Shown here in pieces: positions 12,658 to 23,307 of a stretch of 64,000 nucleotides of DNA. Under the pieces are notes generated by a model that saw only the letters and a list, made by a program, of their open reading frames with translations, ran no database searches and was not told the origin of the DNA. Numbering within the stretch: position 1 is the stretch's first letter; each line of letters begins with the position of its first letter. The translations under genes were made by a program, and so were the position numbers. This stretch comes from Octopus sinensis (taxonomy: Eukaryota): contig NW_021833891.1 in assembly GCF_006345805.1 (NCBI RefSeq), positions 5,678-69,677 of the forward strand. The letters are read 5' to 3'.

Positions 12658-13286
12658 CATACATACACATACATATTGTATGCATATATATATATAATAT
12701 TATACATATATATATATACTATATATATATATATGTATATATATGTACGTATATATATAATGCATATATATATATATATATATATAATATATATATATAT
12801 TATATATATATTATATATATATATTATATATATATGCATACATACGCGCGCACACACCTACATATGTGTGTGTATATATATATGTGTGTGTTGTGTGTGT
12901 GTGTGTTTCTTGGTCGTTTCAGTTGTGGTTCTTTACTTATCGTCATTTCTTGTTAAATAAACACAATTTTTTCTTCCCCCCCCCAACCCTGAAAGGAATA
13001 AATGAATGCAAAAATTAACAAAACAAATCCAAAGGAATGTTACCTACCCCCACTCCCCATTAAAAAATAAATTTTTTCTTAGCCTTCGATTATTGATACG
13101 ACAGTCAAATTGATTGCTGTAAATCGATTATATTTTTTATTTATTTAGAAATAAGATTTTACAACGGTTAATCATTGTTGCGAATTATTTAATCTTTACA
13201 CTTCTGTGTTTGCTTTACAAGATTCTTATTGTGAAATCGTGTGTTGAAACAGATATTGTTATCCTTGGGGATGGTTATATTTTGCC

Positions 13287-13346
<60 letters not shown>

Positions 13347-13372
13347 CATTATTATTATCATCATCATTATTA

Positions 13373-13408
<36 letters not shown>

Positions 13409-13487
13409 TATTATTATTATTTTTATTATTATTATTATATTATTTTTATTATTATTATTATTATTATTATCATTATTATTATTATTT

Positions 13488-13925
13488 CTAAGGCGGCGAG
13501 CTGGCAGAATCGTTAGCACGATGGATGAAATGTTTAGCGGTAGTTCGTCCGTCGGTACGTTCTGAGTTCAAATTCTGCCGAGGTCGACTTTGCCTCTTAT
13601 CCTTTCGGGGTCGATAAATTAAGTACCAGTTGAATACTGGGGTCGATGTAATCGATTCTTCCCTTCTTCCAAAATGGCTGCCCTTGTGGCAAAATTTTAA
13701 ACCATTATTACTATTATTTCTAAGGCGGCGAGCTGGCAGAATCATTAGCGCGCTGGACGAAATACTTTGCAGCATTTCGCCCGTCGCTAAGTTCTGAGTT
13801 CAAATTTCGCCGAGGTCGTATTTGCCGTTCATCCTTTCGAGGTCGATGAAATAAGTACCAGTTGAGCACTGGGGGTCAATGCAATCGACTATCCCCTCCT
13901 CCAAAATGTCAGGCCTTGTGCCTTT
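13488..13925 (+). mobile_element. Two tandem family B SINEs following (ATT)n
   Basis: Heads at about 13488 and 13720. Confidence 0.88.
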
Positions 13926-13998
13926 AGTAGGAAGCTTTTTCGTCAGACATCCTATGACCAAAATGGAATAAGCAGAACAAGAGGAAGCACGTAGGATA

Positions 13999-14046
13999 CA
14001 GAGCCGCTGAAGAAGTCACAGGATGTCTGACGAAACAGCTCTGATT
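13999..14046 (+). ncRNA. Degenerate hammerhead motif (helix III apparently deleted)
   Basis: cagagc-cg-CUGAAGA-a-GUCA...UGAC-GAAA-ca-gcucug; a partial inverted copy lies at 13938-13958. Confidence 0.35.
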
Positions 14047-14105
<59 letters not shown>

Positions 14106-14207
14106 TGCTGAAGTGAAGACCAAATATACAGTGCGTGTGTTTAATTGGCAAAAATATGACCGTCCCCAAATATAACAATATTTAACTTTTATTTTATGTT
14201 TATTCTA

Positions 14208-14798
14208 TTTTTGTGGCCGTCTGGTAAGAAGCTTGCTCCCCATCCACGTTGTTCCGAGTTCAGTCCCAGTGCATGGCACCTTGTGCAAGTGTCTTTTACT
14301 ATAGCCTCGGACCGACCAAAGCTATGTGAGTGGATTTCGTAGAGGGAAACTGAAAGACACCTGTCTGTGTTTGTCCCTCTACCATCGCTTGACAACCGAT
14401 GATCGTGTGTTTATGTCCCCGTAACTTAATGGTTCGGCAAAAAGAGACCGATAGAATAAGTACGAGGCTTACAAAGAATAAGTCCTGGGGTCGATATCTA
14501 TTTCTTCACTACCCACAAGGGGCTAAACATAGAGGGGACAAACAAGGACAGACAAGCGGATTAAGTCGATTAGATCGATCCCAGTGCGTAACTGGTACTT
14601 AATTTATCGACCCCGAAAGGATGAAAGGCAAAGTCGACCTCGGCGGAATTTGAACTCAGAACGTAACGGCAGACGAAATACGGCTACGCATTTCGCCCGG
14701 CGTGCTAACGTTTCTGCCAGCTCGCCGCCTTGGGGTCGATATCTTTGACTAAAACCCTTTAAGGCGATGCCCCAGTATGGCTGCAGACTGAAACAAGT
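14208..14798 (+). mobile_element. Diverged SINE family A copy split by a family B SINE (14500-14730, - strand)
   Basis: TSD tggggtcgatatct at 14486-14499 and 14731-14744. Confidence 0.85.
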
Positions 14799-15818
14799 CA
14801 TGGAATAAAGGAATAGTTCAGTATGTTGGACGACCTTGCAGGAAATGATTGCTTATTGAGCCAACGAGGAAGTTCTCAGCACGATCGCTCGGCATGCTAG
14901 AAATAACAGCAAAAATCTCCCCGAAATCCAATATAGTGCTTTTAGAGAAACAAGCTAAATAAGCGGGCAAAAATAATATCGTTCTAAATACACCATATCT
15001 GAATAAAAGGCTGGAAGGCATGGATGGAACAGTTTTAATGCATTTACTTGATCAGGGTTGATGTGAACCTTATCCCTGACAACAAGTTATTGTTGTAAAA
15101 ACGATTTTCGTTACATCATGATGATGATGATGAGGAGGAGGATGATCCTCCTCCTCCTTCTCCTTTCTACTGAAGGCACAAGGTCTGAAATTTCAGGGGG
15201 AAGGGACTAGCCGATTTCATGGTCCCCAGTGTTTCGCTGGTACTTAATTTATCGAGCCCGAAAGGATGAAAAGCAAAATCGACCTTGGTAGAATTTGAAC
15301 TCAGAACGTTATAATAACAATAATAAATATTTTGTCTTGGTGTAAAAAAAGATGGGCTACAGATTTGGTTGTCAATTGCTTGACCTTAATCAGCCAAATA
15401 GGTTCCTTAGTGGCTGACGGCATGTGCATCTTCGATCACGAGCAGGAGTAGTGGGGGAGCATCATAGCCATGTGTTGAGAGAAATTCTTTGATGTTTGAA
15501 TAATTCACCTCTGATAACATGGATGTTTCGTTTATCATCGTTAAACAACCCTTATTCAGGGACCTTTTGATGGGATGACCTACTCGACCTGAAGAAAATT
15601 CTAATTGGGCCCCACCTGCAAGGTCACGCGCAGTTTATCTTGATATGAGGTAATCATGTCGTACACATAAGTTTGTGATGCATGTGCTTGGTGTGCCCTT
15701 ATCAGACCGGTAGACATAATGGGTATATAGGGCTTCTATATTTGTACCCCAGCGTCAGCTCGATGGCATGCGCTGCTCTTTCACTCAATAATAATAAGAA
15801 GAAGAACAACAACAACAA

Positions 15819-16290
15819 AATGAAACCATTGATCATGTTGTCTCCGTGTGCAGTCTTCTTGCGCCTACAGAATATCTCGACAGGCGTGATAAAGCTTCAC
15901 AATATATTCACTGGGTAATTTGCAAAAACCTGGACTTATCCTATGACTTATCCCACCTCCATTGCTTGAAAATGATCACATCTCATTCCTCTGGAACTTC
16001 ACCATTAGAAAGATAGATGCGAATAGGCCAGACATCATATTGAAAGACTTCAGACAAAAATCATGCCTCCTCATTGATATGACTGTCCCAATCGATATAA
16101 ACGTATCTGTCAAGGCCTACCAAAAACTGTGCAAGTATAAAGATCTTGAAATAGAAATTGGCAAAATATGGAATTTGAAGGCAAAAACAATACCTGTTGT
16201 CATAGGTGCCCTGGGAATGATAGCAAAAGTGGCTGATTGCTACCTAGCTCAGATACCAGGAAACCCCAAAATGGCAGAAATTCAACCCAA
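15819..16290 (+). mobile_element. R4/Dong-like non-LTR retrotransposon fragment (end of zinc knuckle plus RLE domain)
   Basis: NETIDHVVSVCSLLAPTEYLDRRDKASQYIHWVICK then LWNFTIRKIDANRPDIILKD...IDMTVP...KYKDLEIEI...PVVIGALG (PD-D/ExK-type RLE); preceded by an (AAT)(AAG)(AAC) microsatellite. Confidence 0.85.
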
Positions 16291-16657
16291 CGTTTTGTTG
16301 TTGTTTAACCCAAGGTCTATGACTAAAGACGCTCCCTCCATGACTCACCTGTCACCTTGTATATCTAGGACTACCTTATCCAATGTGTCCTTCCATTCTT
16401 CAATTTATTTAAGACCATCTGGTGTGATGTTAGGGTCAAATGACAACGAAATTTTTATACTTTGACAGAAATAATGGCTTTTAAGTGTTAATGGTAACTC
16501 CATTACACTCTCCTTCCTCCTCTTTCTCCTCCTCCTCCTCTTCATCTTCATCATCCTCATCCTCGTCATCAATACCACCATCACCACCTCCATTACTATC
16601 GTTAAAACTACCACCTTTTCGTAATTATAAACTACACTACATTTAGTAGTAGTAGTG

Positions 16658-16688
<31 letters not shown>

Positions 16689-17521
16689 CAGTGGTAGTGG
16701 TGGTAGTAGTAGTGGTAGTGGTAGTGGTGGTGGTGGTGGTGGTAGTAGTAGTAGTAGTAGTATAGTAGTAGTAGTAGTAGTAGCAGCAGCAGTAGTAGGT
16801 GAGCATTTTAATGGAATTATTAAAAATGAATCATATTAATGTGATAATAGAAATCGCTTTAAGCGTTTTAAGTGGCTGAAATTATGTACGAAAATACCAA
16901 ATGGTTTTCACAGATCAGCTTGAAAACCACCCCCTTCCTCCAAAGTTCTTTCAGTGGGTTTGTGTTGCTTTTGTTCTGTTGCTAGTTTCACTCATTGGAC
17001 AGCGGCCTTCAAGATTTACTGCAACAATTCTTACGTTGTCTGATACGTATTTCGTCGACGTTGGAAGGTGGAACCGTAAAGTTTTTCTTTTCTTTCTTTT
17101 ACTGCGAATGCAAATACATGGAATTAAAAACGATTAGATATTTTGTCTGATGGTCCCCTGATTCTGCCATCCAGCCGTGCATATTCATGCATATATACCC
17201 ACCAATACACCCAACACACTAATAAACCCAATTACCGATAAATTAAATAAGATTAGGAAAGACTTGCTAAGTACATATACGAATTCAGTTTCAATATTAT
17301 TGTGTCTTTTTTTCGCGCTGTTTTCGCGGATTCCCATCGCTCTCTGTCGTCACCCAGTTCCATTATTATAGTATCTTCCATAGAAACTCTTTCATTAGCT
17401 TATTACACAACCACAGATGCCATCCCTATAAGTACATTGCAATTACTCTCTTAATAGAGCTTGGTGTACATTATTTACATTATTTACATTTGATAGATAT
17501 TTGTCCTCATCTTATTTATTG

Positions 17522-17568
17522 TTAACAACGTTTCGGCTGATATACCCTCCAACCTTCTTCAGATGTCT
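17522..17568 (-). ncRNA. Mirror-arm hammerhead motif (stem I damaged)
   Basis: gacau-CUGAAGA-a-GGUUG(loop)CAGCC-GAAACGUU-guuaa; core intact, stem I weakened by a 2-nt deletion relative to the + arm. Confidence 0.5.
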
Positions 17569-17660
17569 TGGGGGAAATTTCGAACCTGGGTTCTCATTCC
17601 TAAGGTTTTTTCGATTTTATTGTCATTATTATTATTATTATTATCATTATTGTTGTTGTC

Positions 17661-17705
<45 letters not shown>

Positions 17706-17795
17706 CAGGTCACTGCTTGGAATCGAACTCGGAATATTGGGGTTAAGAGAGCGGACTACCAACCCCAAGATTCTGAGTTCGATTCCAGGCAGTGA

Positions 17796-17836
<41 letters not shown>

Positions 17837-17873
17837 TCTTAGGAATGAGAACCCAGGTTCGAAATTTCCCCAA

Positions 17874-17919
17874 GACACCTGATGAAGGCTGGAGAGTATA
17901 TCAGCCGAAACGTTGTGTT
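17874..17919 (+). ncRNA. Minimal type I hammerhead ribozyme motif (PLE-type)
   Basis: gacac-CUGAUGA-a-GGCUG(10-nt loop)CAGCC-GAAA-CGU-U-guguu: stem I gacac/guguu, 5-bp stem II, palindromic ACGU helix III. Confidence 0.7.
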
Positions 17920-18117
17920 AACAACAAACAAGATGAAGACAAATATCCGTCAACTGTAAATAATGTACATACTTCCTCATCTCTCAGATATAAAACTGTA
18001 GAGCTTGGTAATCCTAACATATAGTAATGAACTATATGTGTGATGAGGCAGACAAGGCAGCAGGCAGACTAGTAAACCGAACGGTTTACTGTTAGATAGA
18101 CAGACAGATATATATAT

Positions 18118-18199
<82 letters not shown>

Positions 18200-18235
18200 T
18201 GATTGATTGATTGATTGATAGATAGATAGATAGAC

Positions 18236-18296
<61 letters not shown>

Positions 18297-18301
18297 TATG
18301 G

Positions 18302-18339
<38 letters not shown>

Positions 18340-18360
18340 TAGATAGATAGATAGATAGAT

Positions 18361-18416
<56 letters not shown>

Positions 18417-18419
18417 TCT

Positions 18420-18620
18420 TCTAGGGTTCCTCCATTCAGCATCAATGTAAGATGCTCAATTGGACCCTTCTGTTACCTTTTCACAATGCACCATGCTGCA
18501 GTCCCATGACTTCGCCATATCCTTGGCACGGTGGCTAAAAGGGTGCTAAACCTCGCGCAAAGGCAACTGTGCAGGGTGCGGTCGTCACTCCGTGGGGTAT
18601 TTTCAAGGTACTCACATACA
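18420..18620 (-). mobile_element. Second copy of the same degenerate LINE fragment
   Basis: See 51260-51500; translation DDRTLHS...HPFSHRAKDMAKSWDCSMVHCE. Confidence 0.4.
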
Positions 18621-18778
18621 CAGACCGTATCTTTTAATATAAGAACAGTCAACTATTTTATACGTGACACACGACTTAGAGACTTAGAGGCAGGCATCAA
18701 CCTCACAGAAAACTGAATGAATTATCTATTTATTACCACAAGGATTCCAAAAACCTTCCATTATATTTAGAAATGTTT

Positions 18779-19168
18779 AAGGCGGGGCAGGTTGGCAGAA
18801 ACGTTAACACGCCGGGCAAAATGCTTAGCGGTATTTCGTGCGTCTTCACGTTCTGAGTTCAAATTCCGTCGAGGTAGACTTTGCCTTTCCTCGGGGTTGA
18901 CAAAATAAGTAGCAGTTGAGTCCGGCATTGCTGGCCTTGTGCCAAAATTTGAGATCAATAATCAAGGCGGCAAGCTGGCAGAATCGTTAGCACAGAAGTC
19001 AAAATGCTTAACAGCATTTCGTCCGTCTAGTTTCAACTTCCGCCGGGATCGACTTTGCCTTTCGTCCTTTCGGGGTCGATAAAATACGTACCTGTTGAGC
19101 ACTGGGGTCGATTTAATCGTCTCATTCCCTTCCCCGAAATTGCTGGCCTTGTGCCAAAAACTGAAACC
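18779..19168 (+). mobile_element. Two tandem family B SINEs
   Basis: Heads at about 18779 and 18964. Confidence 0.82.
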
Positions 19169-19269
19169 GCTACATTTAGAAATCTAGTAACGTAAGTAAA
19201 AGACATACTATCATTTCGTTAGATACGATAACCTTTAACAAAGCTACCAATTATCATAATAACGCATTA

Positions 19270-20110
19270 GAAAAAAGCAGATGTAAAGATAACTTTCCCC
19301 ACACACGTAGAAAAGGAAATGTGATAAGGTTGATCTTAAACATCAGAAACATCTTAGAACTGATTGATAATTTTTCCCCAGTTACTCATAAGTACTACAC
19401 ATTATTTAAAAGAAATATTATCAAGGTCAACTACAGCTGTATTAAAAGCATTGGTGGTAACGAAACCAACGAAGTTATCCATACATAATCGCTCAATCTT
19501 CTACAAATAGTTGAAACGTTACTCAAGACCGTGCCTTGGTATCTAAAATAAGGTGAGACATTTTGTTTAATGTAACTCCGGATACTTCTAAAATGATTGG
19601 TTGGGCACTACTGAAATGCGTTTGATCATATGTTTTCTGAATCAAGATTTATCACGGGCTAAACAACAATAACATATGTAGTGACATATAATCTTGGAAA
19701 AAATACCTCAGCTTGCAAGAAATTGAATGTAACAGAAGGTGCATAGAGTTATTCCATCACAACAGTAAATATCAAAATAAAGCAGTTACGTAAGTATTTA
19801 CTGGAGCTAAACTCTCACCCGTAACTGACTGTACAGAGACAGAAAAAGTTGTACATCGGTATGAGTGAAGGCAAATTTAAAAACCGTCACCTGACCGTAA
19901 GTCCACCTTCAGGAACGAGAGAAAAGAAGCACAGAACATATCGATCGAGTCATGTGAAGCGTCTGAAAAGAAATTGTATTGATGAGTGAAGTATGCCATG
20001 CATAAAGAGAAGGTTCATGTTCGTGCCAAAATTGGGCAATATTAAATTCAAAATTGGATATGATATCGATATGTCATCACCAGAACACGTTCTATCAGAG
20101 GGATACAACA
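19270..20110 (+). mobile_element. Degenerate Penelope-like element (linker plus GIY-YIG endonuclease)
   Basis: ILELIDNFSPVTHKYYTLFKRNIIKVNYSC, KLYIGMSEGKFKNR and LNSKLDMISICHHQN resemble PLE motifs LIDKHFP..HK....NRN..KVSYSC, YIG.TE..FK.R and LNKRSE..S.CRH.N. Confidence 0.72.
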
Positions 20111-20134
20111 GCAGATTAATGGACCTTTAAACAG

Positions 20135-20260
20135 TCAACGTACAGGCCGCCTCGGACACTCGAGGGGAGAACCCTCGGAGGAATCTTGCGGGCCGTAAAG
20201 GGCATTAGTTTTGGGCCACTCCTCGGAACCCTCGTCGTCGTAACCGACGGAGTGCTTCCA
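20135..20260 (+). mobile_element. Probable extreme 3' end of an RTE-like LINE
   Basis: Frame ends RALVLGHSSEPSSS*; the last 36 nt (20225-20260) are identical to the SINE family C tail but the upstream body is different. Confidence 0.45.
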
Positions 20261-20705
20261 CAGATTACTATGTGAACTATTATCCGAGTTTGCAAGAGGA
20301 ACTTTCTGTGATGGCCACACGATTCTCTGAATCCACATCTTATACCACTTACTTATATATATACATTACATATATTATGTATACATTCCCCAACCGGACC
20401 AAAATTTTCAGGTTTATTCGCTGCTTGGTGTTCATCGTTAGTTTCTCGGTGTTCATAGCTGAACGACCAAAAAAAAAAAAAAACGGAGGAAAGAAAATGC
20501 AATGGTTACAGAAGGCTAACACCATAGTTACATACTCCCAAGGTATCATGTTAGACGATAACACAATCCACTTCGCTCGCTTTCGCCCATAGTTCGCACA
20601 GCACATCCAGTCCCGTTACTTTTCAGACAGACTTCGTATATGTATGTATACAGATATATATATATATATATAAATGAAAGAATGGAGTTGAACGACGATT
20701 TAACA

Positions 20706-20810
20706 AAATTCCTTTATTCTCGACATATGTTTCGAAGACTGCATATTCCTAATTTCGAAGGAATAAGTGGTGCATTATGCCGCCTTCTCCTCAGGAAAAG
20801 TAAGGAACTT
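20706..20810 (-). ncRNA. Type I hammerhead ribozyme, canonical core
   Basis: AAGUUCCUU-AC-UUUUC CUGAGGA GAAGGC(branched loop)GUCUUC GAA AC-AUAU-GU C GAGAA-UA-AAGGAAUUU: complete core, GUC triplet, long stem I, palindromic ACAUAUGU helix III. Confidence 0.82.
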
Positions 20811-20924
20811 ATGTCAGCATCAAGATGAACAAAACTTATAGATGACTGCCCACACGGAGCCCATAGCGATAGGGCTCCGTGTGGGCAATCATCTAAGAGT
20901 TTTTGTTCATCTTGATGCTGACAT

Positions 20925-21029
20925 AAGTTCCTTGTTTTTCCTGATGAGAAGGCGGCATAATGCACCCCTTATTCCTTCGAAATTAGGAATATGCAGTCTT
21001 CGAAATATATGTCGAGAATAAAGGAATTT
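20925..21029 (+). ncRNA. Type I hammerhead ribozyme (mirror arm)
   Basis: Same fold with CUGAUGA core (20941-20947), GAAA at 21002-21005 and GUC at 21011-21013; helix III has a U.G pair instead of C-G. Confidence 0.75.
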
Positions 21030-21502
21030 TGTTAAATCGTCGTTCAACTCCATTCTTTCATTTATTTGTATTAAAAAAACACACAAATTTCCACACGAAA
21101 GCACGTGATCTCTGCCCTTGGCGTGTAGCTTCAACCGTGTTTTTCTGGCGTGAATTTGCTACCCAGGTATCGGTTAACCGAATTATCCATACTAAGATAA
21201 TTCATTTAACTACTTATATATAGATATATAAATATATACACATACTTACACACGCGTGCTCACTCACATACAAATAATATATATATAATATATATATATA
21301 TAATTATATATATATATATATATTATAATATATATATATATATATATATATTAGCTTACCTGTCTATTAAATATATATTATATATGACAGGTAAGCTAAT
21401 GTTAACATAATTAATTCAGGAAACGTTTAAAAATGAACTATATGTGTGATGAGGCAGACAAGGCAGCAGGCAGACTAGTAAACCGAACGGTTTACTGTTA
21501 GG

Positions 21503-21558
<56 letters not shown>

Positions 21559-21660
21559 CAGATAGATAGGGAGACTTAACGAAAAAACAAACAAAAGACG
21601 AAGACAGGTGGTGTAGAAAACAAACAGATGTATTAGTATAACGCTCGGGAATTGAAAAAT

Positions 21661-21697
21661 TCTTTAACGTTTCGAGCCTACGCTCTTCCACAGAAAG
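21661..21697 (-). ncRNA. Hammerhead-like motif with variant core in a PLE-type terminal repeat fragment
   Basis: cuuu-CUGUGGA-a-GAGC(guag)GCUC-GAAA-CGU-U-aaag; the A6 position of CUGANGA is U. Confidence 0.4.
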
Positions 21698-21770
21698 GAA
21701 CACAGAAAGAAACAAGGAGAGTAAAAATGTGTGTAGTGGCTACCGATCTATCATGGTGAATGGCTAGATG

Positions 21771-21849
<79 letters not shown>

Positions 21850-22018
21850 TGATAGATAGACAGACAGACAGACAGATAAATAGACAGATAGATAGATAGA
21901 TAAGAGAGAGAAAGAGAGAGAGAGATAATAGAGTAGAGTGAGAGACAGAAATTACGTGGAGTATTGATAAGTAAATATGTAACATACATGACAGTATAAT
22001 CTTGTTTTGGTGTATATA

Positions 22019-22198
22019 GGCGTAGGAGTGGCTGTGTGGTAAGTAGCTTGCTAACCAACCACATGGTTCCGGGTTCAGTCCCACTGCGTGGCATCTTGGG
22101 CAAGTGTCTTCTGCTATAGCCCCGGGCCGACCAATGCCTTGTGAGTGGATTTGGTAGACGGAAACTGAAAGAAGCCTGTCGTATATATGTGTATATAT

Positions 22199-22238
<40 letters not shown>

Positions 22239-22460
22239 GTGTGTTTGTGTGTCTGTGTTTGTCCCCCTAGCATTGCTTGACAACCGATGCTGGTGTGTTT
22301 ACGTCCCCGTTACTTAGCGGTTCGGCAAAAGAGACCGATAGAATAAGTACTGGGCTTACGAAAGAATAAGTCCCGGGGTCGATTTGCTCGACTAAAGGCG
22401 GTGCTCCAGCATGGCAGCAGTCAAATGACTGAAACAAGTAAAAGAGTAAAACAGTAAGAG
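22019..22460 (+). mobile_element. Full-length SINE family A
   Basis: Head ggcgtaggagtggctgtgtgg to tail aaacaagtaaaagagtaaaacagtaagag. Confidence 0.9.
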
Positions 22461-22502
22461 TATAGAATAGAAATCTCCAAAGAAGTAAGGTAATTCGTTA
22501 TA

Positions 22503-22890
22503 TGGAAGCACTCCGTCGGTTACGACGATGAGGGTTCCGGTTGATCCGAATCAACGGAACAGCCTGCTCGTGAAATTAACGTGTAAGTGGCTGAGCACTC
22601 CACAGACACGTGCACCCTTAACGTAGTTCTTGGGGATATTCAGCGTGACACAGAGAGTGACAAGGCCGGCCCTTTGAAATACAGGTACAACAGAAACAGG
22701 AAGTAAGAGTGAGAGAAAGTTGTGGTGAAAGAGTACAGCAGGGATCACTACCACCCCCTGCCGGAGCCTCGTGGAGCTCTTTAGGTGTTTTCGCTCAATA
22801 AACACTCACAACGCCCGGTCTGGGAATCGAAACCGCGATCCTATGACCGCGAGTCCGTTGCCCTAACCACTGGGCCATTGCGCCTCCACA
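22503..22890 (-). mobile_element. Full-length SINE family C
   Basis: Reverse complement of the 41454-41840 family. Confidence 0.9.
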
Positions 22891-23078
22891 CTAACACCAT
22901 AGTTACATACTCCCAAGGTATCATGTTAGACGATAACACAATCCACTTCGCTCTCTTTCGCCCATTGTTCGCACAGCACGTCCAGTCCCGTTACTTTTCA
23001 GACAGACTTCGTATATGTATGTATATAGATATATAGATATATACATATACTTACACACGCGTGCTCACTCACATACAA

Positions 23079-23145
<67 letters not shown>

Positions 23146-23272
23146 TGACGCATATTTGCCATTTTGAATCTGGCTAACCCCTAAGGGTGATGCTACTGTA
23201 GTTTGTAGCCCCAGGAAGATACCTCCTCCAGCTGGCTATAGACACACTATCTGTGCCCTATCAGTATTATCA

Positions 23273-23307
<35 letters not shown>

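Larger units (their letters stand above)
17466..17998. mobile_element. Fold-back insertion of a PLE-type terminal repeat with hammerhead motifs and a tRNA-like centre, 11-bp TSD
   Basis: 17465-17740 is the reverse complement of about 17761-17969; tagagcttggt occurs at 17455-17465 and 17999-18009. Confidence 0.75.
20671..21064. mobile_element. 394-bp near-perfect palindrome of two head-to-head PLE-type terminal repeats
   Basis: taaatgaaagaatggagttgaacgacg... at 20671 is the reverse complement of ...cgtcgttcaactccattctttcattta ending at 21064; centre ggagccc-atagcgata-gggctcc at about 20867; arms differ at only a few positions. Confidence 0.85.

Noticed and set aside
21678-22283. Recurrent ORFs containing RQASFSFRLPNPLTRHWSARGYSRRHLPKMPRSGTEPGTMWLV
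   Set aside because: Antisense translation of SINE family A, not a protein family.
22551-22805. Recurrent ORF VVVIPAVLFHHNFLSLLLP...
   Set aside because: Translation of SINE family C.
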